Below are positions 1 to 13,651 of a stretch of DNA of 64,000 nt, in pieces. The DNA is from Antedon mediterranea (taxonomy: Eukaryota > Animalia > Echinodermata). Made by a program: the position numbers and the translations under genes. Position 1 is the stretch's first letter. Every line of letters begins with the position of its first letter. Where the stretch lies: assembly GCF_964355755.1 (NCBI RefSeq), contig NC_092680.1, forward strand, positions 17,927,045-17,991,044, written 5' to 3'. Below the pieces are notes generated by a model. The model made no database searches and was not told where the DNA came from. It worked only from the letters and a program-made list of their open reading frames with translations.

Positions 1-1671
1 CTCACAAATACCAGACTCTCTGAAAACCAGAAAATCTCCTAATACCAGACTTTTCTTGCCGACCAAAGGGTCCCAAATTCCTTTTTACCATTAAAAGCAC
101 ATTCCGAATAACAGACTTATCCGGAAAATAACAGACTTTCCGGAAAACTAGACATAGTATTTGGCTACCCTTTGCAAAAAAGCCGTATACGACGTATACG
201 GATCGTATACGATTTCACTGTTTACATTATTTCCACTCTGTTGCTCCACAAAGAGTTGGCGTCGTATACGTTTAGCATACGTTCGTATACGTTGTTTATT
301 CATGAAAAGAATATCGTATACGGGACGTATACGAACAAACTAGGCCATTTATAAATTATAATAGTAGTAATGTACGTAGGAGCTAAATAAAACATTTAAA
401 TTGTCATTACAAAAAATACATACATAGATCTGCAGTAGCATACTGTATGTTCGATCTATACAATTACAATATGCCTATAGCTAGCTAGCTAGAAGTCATC
501 GAATTTACTATCTACTTCGGCCTATACTGTAATAACTGCAGGGAAAAATTTCATTTTAAAATTTTGTTTAGCAATATTGCGAATCAAACTGATTTTTTAG
601 TCGAGAATCATAGTTTTCTATCCTATTTTTTGCTACACAATTGTAGAAATGTATAGCTTTTTGCTATGCTACACTGGCGAAATTATTCCCTAAACTACAT
701 CCGATTTTTAATTTATTGGCCTACTGTACTACATCCCATTTTTAATTTTTAATGATGAGTTAAAACCCGTAGTCAAAAAATTCTGTTGGTACAACAACAA
801 TGATGATGGTTGAAAATGATTGAAATATGATGCATCCATGTTATCTATGTGTCTATCTATGTTATCTATGCATGCAGCACACACAACACAGGCATGAGTA
901 CATGTACACACGTTTTGGGCGATTTTATTTGGATCATTCCATATATATAATAGGGAGCCACATGTATTCTACATTTGTATTAAATCATAATTTATGGATT
1001 TTACTTACTCGTTTTAAATTTACTATACTGCGGGCACACTTTAATATCTATTTATTTATTTCCAAGTACATTAATATTAATTAAAGCACTTTCAAATTAA
1101 TAACAGTACATTTTGTATGATTCACTTATTATTGGAACATACCAAAGGTAAAGAAATAGCAGAGGGGATAAACAAGGCGGAACGGCCTGGGTTTTTATGC
1201 TTGATACAAAAATAACGTCTCGTAAAATACAGCACCAATTTTTTTTATTCGCGAAAACTATGAACTATACAGTGAATTTAATGTACATATACTGACTGAA
1301 AAAACAAACAAATTGTACACTAATTAATAATATTGAAGTCAAGATGCGCCTGGCTAGCTGCCAACGTAAACGTACGCTATCGTCGTCTTGTAAAAAGAGG
1401 GACAGTCCCTTTTCGCTTGGTAATATGATGTAGTTTGTATACACGCGTCGTATACGGATCGTATAATTAGGAAGTTGTTTATAAATGATCGTATACGGTT
1501 CGTATATGTTTATTATGCAGGCAGGAACTTCCGAATTGACGTATACGTTTCGTATACGAAGTGGACTTCCTATACGAAACATAAACGAAACGTATGTAAA
1601 TCGTATACGTTCGTATACGGCTTTTTTGCAAAGGGTAGCCCAAAGGTGTTCGGTATTGAGAGAGTTGACTG
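1..1671. mobile_element. Tc1/mariner(pogo)-type MITE split by the 168-1635 insertion (left end outside window)
   Basis: 1-165 joined to 1638-1671 aligns to the reverse complement of the intact copy at 61991-62176; end GAGAGTTGACTG|TA. Confidence 0.65.
168..1635. mobile_element. Non-autonomous EnSpm/CMC-like DNA transposon with CGTATACG subterminal motifs
   Basis: TIR CCCTTTGCAAAAAAGCCGTATACGA at both ends; 2-bp TA flanks (166-167, 1636-1637); many CGTATACG palindromes in both arms; interrupts a mariner-type MITE. Confidence 0.75.
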
Positions 1672-1797
1672 TATATGTTATAACACAACATAGCAACTAA
1701 CCTCTATTCAGAGAACATCCATAATAAAGAGAGTATAGTTATTAGTATAGAACTATTTTAGGGTACCACTTTAGGTTTCAGCAAAGTGTCCCCTTAA

Positions 1798-2763
1798 AGC
1801 CTGTTTTCCTGTCGACGTAAAGCCTGTTTTCCTGTCGACGTTATTCGATGCTATCGTTAACAATAATCGGCGATCTTCTACGTAAACATTGAAATGTTAA
1901 CGATTTACAGGAAAAGGTACTCGCTATCGTTATCATTTCAACTTGATCGTTTTCAAACGATCGTCGTTGAACTGTTAACGATCAACGACGATAGCGTCGA
2001 ATAACGTCGACAGGAAAACAGGCTTTAGTCGACGCTATCATCGTTAATCGTTAAAAGTTCAACGACGATCGTTTGAAAACGATCAAGTTGAAATGTTAAC
2101 GATAGCGCGAACATTTGATTTCTAGCGTTGAACGTTAGAGTTGAAACTCCGGTCTTCTTTCTCGACGTCGTCTTAACGCGCAAAAATGAATAGAGGACTC
2201 CCCTGCCTCTAGCAGTAGGCTCACAGTGTAGGACACGTGGGCCTAGGCATACTAATATCTCTATACTGATGGTTTTTCGTTTTCAGTAGGCCTATCCTAG
2301 TCCAAATAGCATTTTGGACTAGGCTAAAGACTTTGACCTACCTAATATCCCCGCGCCTACTTTCCGGAACATCATTTTATAGTAACTTTGGGAAGGCTAG
2401 GCCTAGCTTTGACCGCGCCGCGATGCAACAAAAATAAATGTAGTCAGCAGAATTTGCCATCAATTATGTGACGTCATGTGCTGTATCGCCATGATGATTG
2501 GTCAGTTCTTACGTTTTAGCGTTGCGATATCGCTAGAGTTGAACTGGATTCAACTCTTGCGATTGTCAACGATCGCGACTTGTAGTAGCGTCGATTACCG
2601 TCGATTATTACACCTTTTCCTGTAAATCGCCGACATTTTGTATCGTCATCGTTAGTTAAAAAAGTCCCTTTTCCTGTAAATCGTTAACATTTCTATGTTT
2701 ACGTTGAAGATCGCCGATTTTTGTTAACGATAGCGTCGAATAACGTCGACAGGAAAACAGGCT
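1798..2763. mobile_element. PIF/Harbinger-like MITE with a short copy of itself (1821-2024) nested in its left TIR
   Basis: TIR AGCCTGTTTTCCTGTCGACGT.. / ..ACGTCGACAGGAAAACAGGCT; TAA on both flanks (1795-1797, 2764-2766); inner copy flanked by TAA/TTA. Confidence 0.75.
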
Positions 2764-2857
2764 TAATAGGGTTGTCCCCTGGATAGAAGTTGTCTGTAGC
2801 GCTAATGTATGGCCATATATTTTATATTCTTAAAATAATTATATTTTTGTTTTTTAG

Positions 2858-5800
2858 GCTCTTAGCGAAAAGGCAAAAGCAATAACAGGCGTTCAGCAGT
2901 GGCCTTATCGTGCAGTGAGCTCAGCTTTAGAGGTGATTCCACGAACCCTAATTCAGAACTGCGGTAGCAACACGATCCGTACATTGACAGCTCTGAGGGC
3001 GAAGCATGCCAAGGAAGGCAACACTACTTGGGGAATTGATGGAGAAAAGGGAACAATCGTCGACATGAATGAATATGGTGTTTGGGACCCATATGCTGTT
3101 AAAGCCCAGACTTTTAAGACAGCTATTGAGGTTAGTACTGTTTCAAGGTCTTTTTTGATTGTGCTATTTATCCTTTAACTGTCCCCCCCCCCCCCATTCA
3201 GGGGACACTTTGTCTGCTCCTTCAGGCACCCCATTAATAGGAGTCTACTGTGGATGAAACAAACAATTTCAATAGAATTTATTGTGCAAAACTGACTTGA
3301 TTTATATATTACAGTAGCTATTAATGTTGATCCAATTGCGTCATTCCTGTTCAGACTTGGTTGATCATGCTTTAATACAATATGTCTGTGCAATGACGCA
3401 CATATTTCTTGTCTTTTAGTCTTGTTTAACACTATATAGATGACATTGTTTATTGCTGATGCAAGTATAAAGCCCTCCTCACTTACCCTACCTCCCAGCA
3501 TCAATCATTTATATTGTACTGATGCAATGAAACCGTCCTCTCCCCTCCCCCTTCCCCGCCCCCTATGTATCATTCATTTAATGTAATTATGCAGTAACAT
3601 CCTCCTTTCCTCCACCCCCCAGTATCATGCAGGTGTAAAATCCTTCTCCCCTCCCCCTCAAATCCGTGGTCTTTTGAAACATGTTTACATTTACTTAGGA
3701 GATAGATAGATAGATAGACGATCAAAAAAATGTAAAACAAATCTACAAAAATTGAGAGCATATTATATCAGTAGCCACTATGTGTGTCATGGTATATCTT
3801 TCAATTAGTATTGATGTCTCAACCTCAATCAACCTTTTGTCTGGTGTCGTTATATTGTAACATAGACATGTTGTTTATTGTTTTATAATTATGATACTAC
3901 TATACCCCGAAGAACAGAAATCAATGGCAAATATGATCTTCCTAATTAATTATGTGCGGGGTGCACAAAAGACTCCTGCGCAACGGAAAAACAATTGTGA
4001 GATTTTAACATTTTCAAAATGGCCTTAAATGTGCGTTTTTTTCGCACTTTTAATTTTCAAATGCGTGTGCGCTCGTAAGTCCTTGTTGAACATGCAATTT
4101 TTATGTTCCAGGAAGTTGGCCCTTGATGTAAATTATATTTGTGTCAAGTTTCGTTGAAAAATGACAATAACAATCATAGGTTTTCACATAATGGCGCGTA
4201 TATGTAGCGCTACGCAAATGTGACCTCAACCAAAAAATCACATGCCCAAATTCAGAGTCTATGCACTACAGAGAGTGTGCCTTTTAATAGATAATAGGCC
4301 GTCACAAATAAACGGGAATAAAAAAAATTAAGCAATTTTAGATTTAATTTGTATAATATCCAAATATAATTGTTGTTTTTCAGGACCATAATGTAATTTA
4401 TTTAAGAGTTACCTGTTAAGTTAAACATGTTGTGTGTACTGCAATATTCAAGAATTATGATATACATCTAAAATTTCAGGAAAATGATGCAATGGGTTAA
4501 TTGGGTTAAGGGTTAAGTTAAACATGTTATATTATATGCAGTAATTATAACATGTTATATTATATGCAGTAATTATAACATGTTATATTATATGCAGTAA
4601 TTATAACATGTTATATTATATGCAGTAATTATAACATGTTATATTATATGCAGTAATTATAACATGTTATATTATATGCAGTAATTATAACATGTTATAT
4701 TATATGCAGTAATTATAACATGTTATATTATATGCAGTAATTATAACATGTTATATTATATGCAGTAATTATAACATGTTATATTATATGCAGTAATTAT
4801 AACATGTTATATTATATGCAGTAATTATAACATGTTATATTATATGCAGTAATTATATTCATGGCATATTATATGCAGTAATTATATTCATGGCATACAT
4901 ACAATGTATTGAATGCAGAGAGAATAATGTTGCCTTACACTACAACACACATTGCATAGATATAGCCAATTCATCACAACTCTCTGAACAGCTGTTAACA
5001 ATGTAACGAGAAACAGTGCAATCAATCCTTCAGCTAGCATTCATGCATATTATATTACTTGAACGATTTGCAGACAGACTCGCGCTCTTAAACACTGTAA
5101 CCTCGCTACCCTAGCGGAGGTCACAGCAATTCGTGTCAAAAGTAATCCATTGCCAATTAGACTTCTTCGTAACTACTTGTTCTGCGAATATTTTGTGTAA
5201 TTTTGTAGAAAACATTTTGCAACGAAATAAAATGGCTTCTGGAAAAGAAAATCAATAAATTATGAGTTGATATTTGTAGCATATGGTTGCAATAGTTTAA
5301 CTGGTTATGGACACTGTATATTCGGATTGTACAACCAACTAAATCATTATAAATTCACGGATGATAATCCAATGTGTACAGTATACATTGTCATGTTTTT
5401 TTATTATTATATATATAACACCTAAATAAATTCCACTTGATTGGACTATTGTGGGTCACATGGCATGCAATAGTACGCACTAACTATCGTTTAATAGTTT
5501 TTTTTTCGTGTACACAGTAAAAATCTGTTCTTTTTTGGAAATTTTTTTTTTTATGCTATTGATTTTGAAATACAACAGCGCCACCTATTTTGTACTTTCG
5601 TTGCCAATGTTATATTGTTATGACTGGTTTAGGGATGGAAGTACATTTTTGGAGAGATATGTACAAAATAGATCTCTCCATACCCCACCCCCATCTCTCC
5701 ATATCCCATCCCCATCTCTCCATATCCCATCCCCATTCCATAATTTTTCAACACCATGAATTTTATTTAAAAACTCAATTTTGTGAATATATACTGTATA

Positions 5801-6514
5801 TACTGTATTTTGTTTGTGTATTAATGACATCATTTCATTATATGTAAGCGCATCATAAGAAACATTAATTTGTTTCTCAATATATATATATATTAATGCT
5901 GCTAGAGTATACTACCCTTTTGCTTGGTGAATTCATGAACTGTGGTCGAGACTACCTGTATAATTAACAGAATAGTAATTGATGGCACTGTGTTGATAAT
6001 GGACCACAATGGAAATAAGTTTGCCGTCTCGGTACTTTTTTGTGTATTTATCCTATTGATTTTATATCAGAATAAAGAAATAAAAAAATGTATCTATTAA
6101 ACTAAATTTAGAAATTGACTAATATCTATGATATCATACATAAATATTATCTGATCACATGATTATTTGAGTGTTGGCAATAGATAGGTTTGTTTTCGAG
6201 ATTGGTGATGTTTTTTATCTTTGTTTACTTGGCACACTATGAGAAAAATCTTTTTACTGAAGAGGCTACCCAGTATAAACAAAAACAAAATTTAAACTAT
6301 AACCCAAATATGTTTATTCTTTACCATATACATGGTATTTAAATAATGAATGTTTATGAGTTGAATCTATTGCAAATTTGTGCAAATTATTTAAAATGAT
6401 TTCTTTTTATAGACTGCTATGTTGCTGCTTAGAATTGACGACATCGTTTCAGGAACCAAAAAAGCTGGTGACAGGGAAGGTGCAGGTTCCGTAGCACCAA
6501 CAACCGAAGGCTAG
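2858..6514 (+). CDS. CCT3: T-complex protein 1 subunit gamma (CCT3), last two coding exons: 2858-3130, 6413-6514 (5' part upstream of window)
   Basis: Translation ALSEKAKAITGVQQWPYRAVSSALEVIPRTLIQNCG...VWDPYAVKAQTFKTAIE / TAMLLLRIDDIVSGTKKAGDREG...* matches the CCT3 C-terminus. Splice sites tttttag|gct, gag|gttagt and tttatag|act, phase 0; stop TAG at 6512-6514. Confidence 0.96.
4521..4895. repeat. 28-bp minisatellite, about 12 copies plus variant tail
   Basis: Unit AACATGTTATATTATATGCAGTAATTAT repeated at period 28 from 4521. Confidence 0.95.
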
Positions 6515-6780
6515 GAGGAGCACATGAATTTCTTTGTTACATTGACTAATTAATAGCTGCTTGCTATAGCTGCGTATAGAGGGTTACATTATAGCAGATG
6601 ATATAAAGATAATATCCAGGTTGGATATGTTAACTGTAAACCAAAAATATGTTAAATAGTTAATTCCATCTCAGATAATAATTGTTTCTTGTTGGTATTT
6701 TGCGTATTGTTCCATAATTTTGAAAAAAAAAAACATGTATTTAATAACATTTCTCACGCACAGGAATATTGTAAACCTAA

Positions 6781-6921
6781 AGCTCTGTCTATACTATCAA
6801 ACTAGTTTGACAACAAATGTGTGACATGCCCATATATGGTAGTGATATGACATCATCATGTCCATATATGGACACATCACATTTTTTGTCACAGTAAGTT
6901 TGATAGTGCAGACAAGCACTT
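6781..6921. mobile_element. Harbinger-like MITE family A (TIR AGCTCTGTCTACACTATCAAACT). Other full or partial copies near 7501, 8438, 13750, 24540, 35107, 41358, 45620, 54140, 56570, 58666, 59006, 59849, 62766, 63141
   Basis: About 15 related 60-290 bp copies with core GATGTGCCCAAATATGGTAGTGATATGACATCATCATG; TWA flanks where intact. Confidence 0.8.
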
Positions 6922-8679
6922 AAATTTGAATATCTATAAATGCAACTTATCTTTTTGCATTGTTTTTTATGTTTTTTTGTTTTTGTTTTTTTTTGTATAA
7001 ACTTGTTTGAACTGAAATAGAGTTTTATATATATTACTCTGAAATTAAATGTGCTTAATAAATATGTATTGATCTTTGAATGCATTTCGTAAGGTATAGT
7101 CGGAAGGATTCTACAACCTGCGGAATATGTTGCTAATGTTTTGAATATAATTGCAGCATTACAATTTTAAAACTCACTGAATGTCCTTCATCGAAGCTGT
7201 CAACAATCTAAAAGTGTTTAGAGACGAAGTAGATAATCCAAACCGATTATTGTTGTTTTTCTAATGAGGCACAGAACATAATAGTGCATGTGAAAAGCAG
7301 CTGGTGCAATGTATGTATTTAATCAATAATGGAAGAGCAAAATATAGATGATTGAATTAAATTATTGCATTTAAAAGTACATATGAATCAAATATTTAGT
7401 TTAGTTTGCACTTAATGCAATAGTTAAATTAATCTAATTATTATTATTTTGTATTCGTCCTTTATTTCATTATTCTGAAAAAATGCATTCATTATACCAA
7501 AAGCTCTGTCCACACTATCAAACTAGTTTGACAACAAAAGTGTGATGTGCCCAAATATGGCAGTGATATGAAATCATCATGTCCATATATGGGCACATCA
7601 CAATTTTTATCACATAAAGCACCTGTTTTCAAGACCCAATTATTATGTGGAAACACAAATTTGTCCTGTAGAGGAAACAACATAAGGGTCAGAAAATTAC
7701 ATTAATGTTTAGCGTATATCATATTATTTATCAATATGCTATTGCTGTAATGCTGGCAAGCAGGGTTTTTTTTTCTGTAAATCGTTGTTGACTTTATTAA
7801 ACAAACGCTTAAATAAGATACGATAATTAAGATATGTATTAATTAGAATACCGGAAAAAACAACAACAGTCAATTGTTTTTTCCTCAATCAGCATTTACC
7901 TCAATTGTTTACCAGTGTAAAAATGATAGACTGTTAAAAAATCTGTATTGTTATATGCATTTGTTGAAAACTCATTTGAAAGCACACATTGCGCATGTGT
8001 AAAAGCAGTTTACAGTTCCATTTGTATTGTGATGTTTGCTGTATGTAGTGATAATACTCTTGTCTAGCCAAATAAACTGGTTCTTGTCCGGATGCCAGAA
8101 AACTGATTTTGTGTTTTATTTTACATCTAGGTGGACGCAGAGAATCAGAATCAGATCAACATTTATTTCTTCCATATTAAATACAAAATATCCTTGTGAG
8201 AGTTGTGTCAAATGAAAATCTAATAACTAGATGTAGATCCTGAATATATAAACATAAACATTTATTTCTATTAATTGTGCATAGAAAAACAAAATAAATC
8301 AAGAAAAAATGCCATTTATAGTGGATTTTACAAGAAGAAACTTAAAAACCATGGACAAAACACAAAAATAAAAAATATATAATTCATATAAAATGATAAA
8401 GGGTACTAAATAAAATGAGAAGAACTTGTTAATCTTAAGCTCAGTCTACACTATCAAACTAGTTTGACAAAACAAATATGATGTACCCAAATATGGTAAT
8501 AATAATATAACGTCATTACGTTATATATGTCAATGTTACTTGAAGTGTATGTACAATATTTCTCGAATTGTGACCATGATTTGAAACAAATATATTCATC
8601 ATTGGAGATGGTTGTTTTTTGAAAACAATATTTAAAAACCATGGAACCCAGATAGGGATTTGCGGCAATCTGGGACTAA

Positions 8680-9469
8680 AGCTAGGTTCACACTAGGACT
8701 CAACGCAAGGACGTAAGCGCAACGCAAACGAGTTGTGATTGGTTAAGCATGATTCCCACTAGAACGCACGCAACGCAGGGACGTATTGACGCAAAGTGAT
8801 GTAAAGCGTGGTTCCCACTAGAACGCCACGCAGCGACCTATCGACGCAAAGTGCTGCAAACATCGTAGGTTTGATTTCACGCAGGCGGGGGCATTTTCTT
8901 ACGTTGCGTAGATTGCGTTACGTTGCGTCGCTAGTGGGAACCACGCAAAAGCTTGGTTCCCACTAGCGACGCAACACAAGGACGTAACGCAACGCAAGTG
9001 AATTGACCAATCACAAGCGATGGCTTATTCGCTTGTGATTGCTAACTTCGCTTGTCATTGGTTAAAACGTTTGCGTTGCGTTTACGTCCTTGCGTTACAT
9101 TCTCGTGGGAACCAAGCTTTAATAGGGAACTTGAGATGCATAGACATACTGTAATCGTTGGTTGTCACTGGACTTCAAGAATCCAGTGAGGGAGCACGTG
9201 ACGTAACTTCTTAGACATTGGTTCCCACTAGGACGTAACGCAACGACAGCAATTTAAAGCTTGGTTCCCACTAGCGACGCAACGTAACCTACGCAACGTA
9301 AAAAAATGCCCTTCTAATAATTGTGTTTTCCCCCGCCTGCGTGAAATCTAACCTGCGATGTTTGCAGCACTATTGCGTCGTCGGTTCCCACTTGTGATTA
9401 CGCAATACAGCACTTTGCGTCGATACGTCGCTGCGTTACGTTGCGTTGCGTACTAGTGGGAACCACGCT
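8680..9469. mobile_element. Cluster of nested or adjacent Harbinger-like MITE family B copies (TIR AGC[T/G]TGGTTCCCACTAG)
   Basis: Multiple TGGTTCCCACTAG / CTAGTGGGAACCA ends with ACGCA/ACGTA subterminal pentamers; partial relatives near 10660-10742 and 15725-15853. Confidence 0.75.
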
Positions 9470-12239
9470 TAATATCTAAATTCACATAATCTATTCATTG
9501 CTTAACATGGCCTGGTTTTCTAAACCTAGTTAGTAATCCCGGTCTAACATTATAATAAGCTCTTTTTCACTTGAGTCAATATATCTCATTTCCTCGTTTG
9601 ATGGATGAAATCTGTACATAATTCGCCTGACACGTCGGCGCTACCGACTTTAATTTTCTCAGCACTTAAAAATATGACATTATTTTTCCAGTGTAATTTA
9701 TAAATTCTGTAATATTCATTCATTGATTCAATCTCTGGTCCATAGAAAGTAAAATTACATATAAATAAATTAATTAAAAATAAACAAAACTGCTAATGAT
9801 TACTACTCACCTCAGGATGGCATTCCACCCGGAATTCTGTATTTTGTCATTTTCTTAAATAATTACATTACCTGAAATGGATAATATTATTGGTCCAATA
9901 ATAATAATAATAATACTACTAATAATAATAATAATAATATATACGAGACTAACACAGTCAAGTTTGTTAATTAAAATCAATAATTGATGTACATTTGTGA
10001 TCAGTCTAGGTTCTAGACTTAATATTAGATAAATATTTTGGCACGTTTCGGCGTTTGGCGTTTCATAATTTTAAGACTTGATTTTCCAGACTTGAAGCTA
10101 TTATAGCTCCACGGTTTTACACTGCACTACTGTCAGCCTCTGTCCAGTGGAAACCCTAAAAGGACACTTTACTAAGTCCCAAATGTGTCCACTCTAATGT
10201 TTTTACACCATTGTGGTGTTTTGGAGTTAATATCTCGATACCTGATTCCAGCACCTGTCAATTTGCATAAATGGTTCGCTAAATGTTCGATATATCATTC
10301 TCGTAATTCACGAATTTCTTTTTTAGACCTCAAATATCTAGTAGAAATTATGCATTTTTTTCAATCAACAAAATCATACTTTTGCGTGTCACGGAAACGC
10401 ATTGTTGTTTTGAATTAAGTTAATAAATCTACATTTTAAAAATAACATAAACCACTCTCACGACATGATCTCAGCATCTATGCGTTTTAACTGGCCTTGG
10501 GTTGTCATGGAACAACCCTGGAGTTGCCATAGAAGTGTCAATGCTGTAATGTTCGCATTATATAATTTTAATAGGATTTGTTTTGCATAAACGTTAGAAG
10601 TTAATTTTCATTATAGACACCGTGATTATGTTCAGACTTTTCATATCTGCTTGTTTCCCACTCCGAATTTTTGCTTGTGATTGGTCAACACGCTTGCGTT
10701 GCGCTTACGTCCTTGTGTTGCGTCTAGTGGGAACCAAGCTTTAACGACACCTCCTGCATCTGGAGGGGTTGAGGGGGAAGGATGGGACCACATTGAAATA
10801 TGCAGCCAGATCCAAAATGCTACGTACATGTTGAACAAAGCCCCTTTCCATACGAAATACATGTAGAAAACCTTCTGGGCCTAACATTAGTGTCCGTTTA
10901 ATAGGGGTGTCCCCCGAATATGGGTTTGGTCGCAGTGTTAACATTATGTTAGGTCTATTTTTCCATTTTATTTTTATTTTTATATGTTTCTGGTAGAAAG
11001 TGTCCCCTAATATTAAGAGTGTCACGTTCTGTAACCTGCATATTTAATTCAGTTATTTTATTTCTTCAAGCACTCCTGGCTCGAAAATTGTCTTGCTTGT
11101 CACGTATATAAAACAATAAAAATATGATAAAATGGCTAAAATACAAACAGAACGACACCAAGGGGTAAAATACAAAAGCAACACATACAACAATTACATA
11201 AAATGTTAAAACTTGCACCTTGGCAGGTAAAAAATATCATCAAATGTAGAAAATAATGTCATATAAAAATTGGATAAAAGTATGTTACCATCTGTCATTG
11301 TTTAGGCTAAACATTTTAGTTTTAATTTTATTAATAATTTTGTATCTTCTTAATGTTATTTGTATCTGCCAATTCCAGCATCGTGTATCATGTAAGTCAC
11401 AGTATAAAATAGCTCGGCGTGATAATCAATTTCTATCTATGTTGCTACTCTATCTCGGTCAAGGTGCTAAGCGAATATGATCTAGTTCACACTAACCATG
11501 GACTAAAGAATAATTACTCCATGCACTAACACACAAATGAGGTAGTAAAAATCAATCCTTCTTTACCGTGTCTTGAAGTTAATTGATCATTCGTGGTCCC
11601 TCTCATTGACAAAAAGTGTACCTGGCTTATATTTTACGTAATTATATTATCATTATTTCTTATTTACAGTTATTATAATGGTTTAGCCCTTTTATACAGT
11701 TAATGCGTAAGATTTAATTATTTAAAAAATGTGCACAAAATCAAACAACCTCAAATTGATTCTTTATCACATTCACACAATTATTGTGTAACCTAGGATA
11801 AATATCATAATATAGTGCAATGACCTACTCCACCATATGATATGTAACTACAATGCGGTAGGCATCTGTACTTTGTTTACCGGTATGTATCGTAAGATGA
11901 GTTATCCTTGAGAATATGGATAAAACGGGTTTTTTGCAAGTCAATAAGGCAATCTAACAACAGAACACTGAGCTCGCCTTGCCAAGGTAGCAACTCGTTA
12001 CAGTCCTTTGAGCTTATGTCTGGCTGCGACAAATACCAACAGTACTATGTAAATATTCTTCGAGGAGGTGCGTGATGTCTGTTAAGAGGCATGGGACTGA
12101 TCGTGTCGCAGCCACACAGATAACCTCGTTGATCTCCAGAGCTCAGTATCCTGTCAGATTGCTTTGATCTTACAATCTCTCTCTTTTCCGAGAAAATCTT
12201 TGGTGAAAATACGCGAACCAGTCAAGCACTGAAAGCCTC

Positions 12240-12380
12240 AATGCGCTAGACAGAAAAAAAATTTAGAAAATTAAAAATTCAAAAGGTGGGTTTTAAGGAG
12301 AGATTTAAAGAAGGTGGAAGTTGCCCGGATGTTAATAGGCAACGCATTCCAGAGTGAAACGGATGAAGAAGAAAAAGAAC
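12240..12380 (-). mobile_element. CR1/L2-clade LINE 3' end remnant
   Basis: Minus-strand translation SFSSSSVSLWNALPINIRATSTFFKSLLKTHL resembles the ORF2 C-terminal 'LWN.LP..IR....FK..LKTHL' motif. Confidence 0.6.
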
Positions 12381-13235
12381 AATTTTCAAAAAACTTAATT
12401 TTAAATGTGTTTCTATTTAATTTAATTTTTTTTTCGTGTTATTTTTTAAAATGTCGTATCATGTAGCCTATTTCATTGTCTTATTACGTTAGCAATTCAA
12501 ACTGCAAATTATTCGTATATCTCAACCAGGGACGTTGCTTATAACATGTCCCAGGGTTGCAATAAGCAGCGTCGTGTATATATATGTATATATCTTTTTT
12601 CTCACATACCTACAGTAAATGTATTCAATGTCAGTTTACAATACTGATGCTATTTAAAAAATGTAAATAAATTGGCAAATAATACTTTATATCATACACA
12701 AAAGCTAAAACAAATCCTAAAAAATGTCCGGGGAAATACAAAATGGTTCAGTCGTCTATTAGGAACAGAGTAATAAAACACAATACTAAAGTATACAGTA
12801 CTATATTGCCTTGGTGGTCACAATAGTCGAAATTATACTTTTTTTTACCCTCATTTTACCGTACTATTGTATAATGATACATTCCATTGCCAGGCCTATA
12901 CTAGGTTTATGCATAAGCACTAACACTGTTTGGCCTACTTAAAAACGATACATAATCAGCCTGCAAGTGGGATACACGCTTGTAATCACATTCAGTTAGT
13001 CTACCTGGATAATAATTGCTTTAATTCACCTATTGACCTACCGTACACCTTGTGCCTGAACTCATTAAATATTAAAGAAAAATAGTAATTAATTACATTA
13101 TTCATTGCTGATAATATTGTGATTAATAGGTTAACCAGCTCGTGAAAGATTAAATATTGCACTTTTTTTCTAATAGATAGGCCTAAGTGTATATACAAAT
13201 TACATATGTTAATTAGATGCAATCTGGAAAGGGAA

Positions 13236-13651
13236 GTGATGAGGCGTGGAGTGCGGTGAGGTGAGAGGAAAGGGGATGGGGAGAGAGTGATGAGGCGTGG
13301 AGTGCGGTGAGGTGAGAGGGAAGGGGGTGGGGAGAGAGTGATGAGGCGTGGAGTGCGGTGAGGTGAGAGGGAAGGGGGTGGGGAGAGAGTGATGACTGAT
13401 GAGGCGTGGAGTGCGGTGAGGTGAGAGGAAAAGGGGTGGGGAGAGAGTGATGAGGCGTGGAGTGCGGTGAGGTGAGAGGGAAAGGGGTGGGGAGAGAGTG
13501 ATGAGGCGTGGAGTGCGGTGAGGTGAGAGGGAAGGGGGTGGGGAGAGAGTGATGAGGCGTGGAGTGCGGTGAGGTGAGAGGGAAGGGGGTGGGGAGAGAG
13601 TGATGAGGCGTGGAGTGCGGTGAGGTGAGAGGAAAGGGGGTGGGGAGAGAG
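13236..13651. repeat. 51-bp G-rich minisatellite, 8 copies
   Basis: Unit GTGATGAGGCGTGGAGTGCGGTGAGGTGAGAGGGAAGGGGGTGGGGAGAGA. Confidence 0.95.

Noticed and set aside
161-1700. Clusters of overlapping Arg/Tyr/Ile-rich ORFs
   Set aside because: They arise from CGTATACG palindromic repeats in transposon arms; no transposase motifs.
3818-4516. piggyBac-like element ending AGGG|TTAA
   Set aside because: The left terminus is too degenerate to define a TIR or TSD with confidence.
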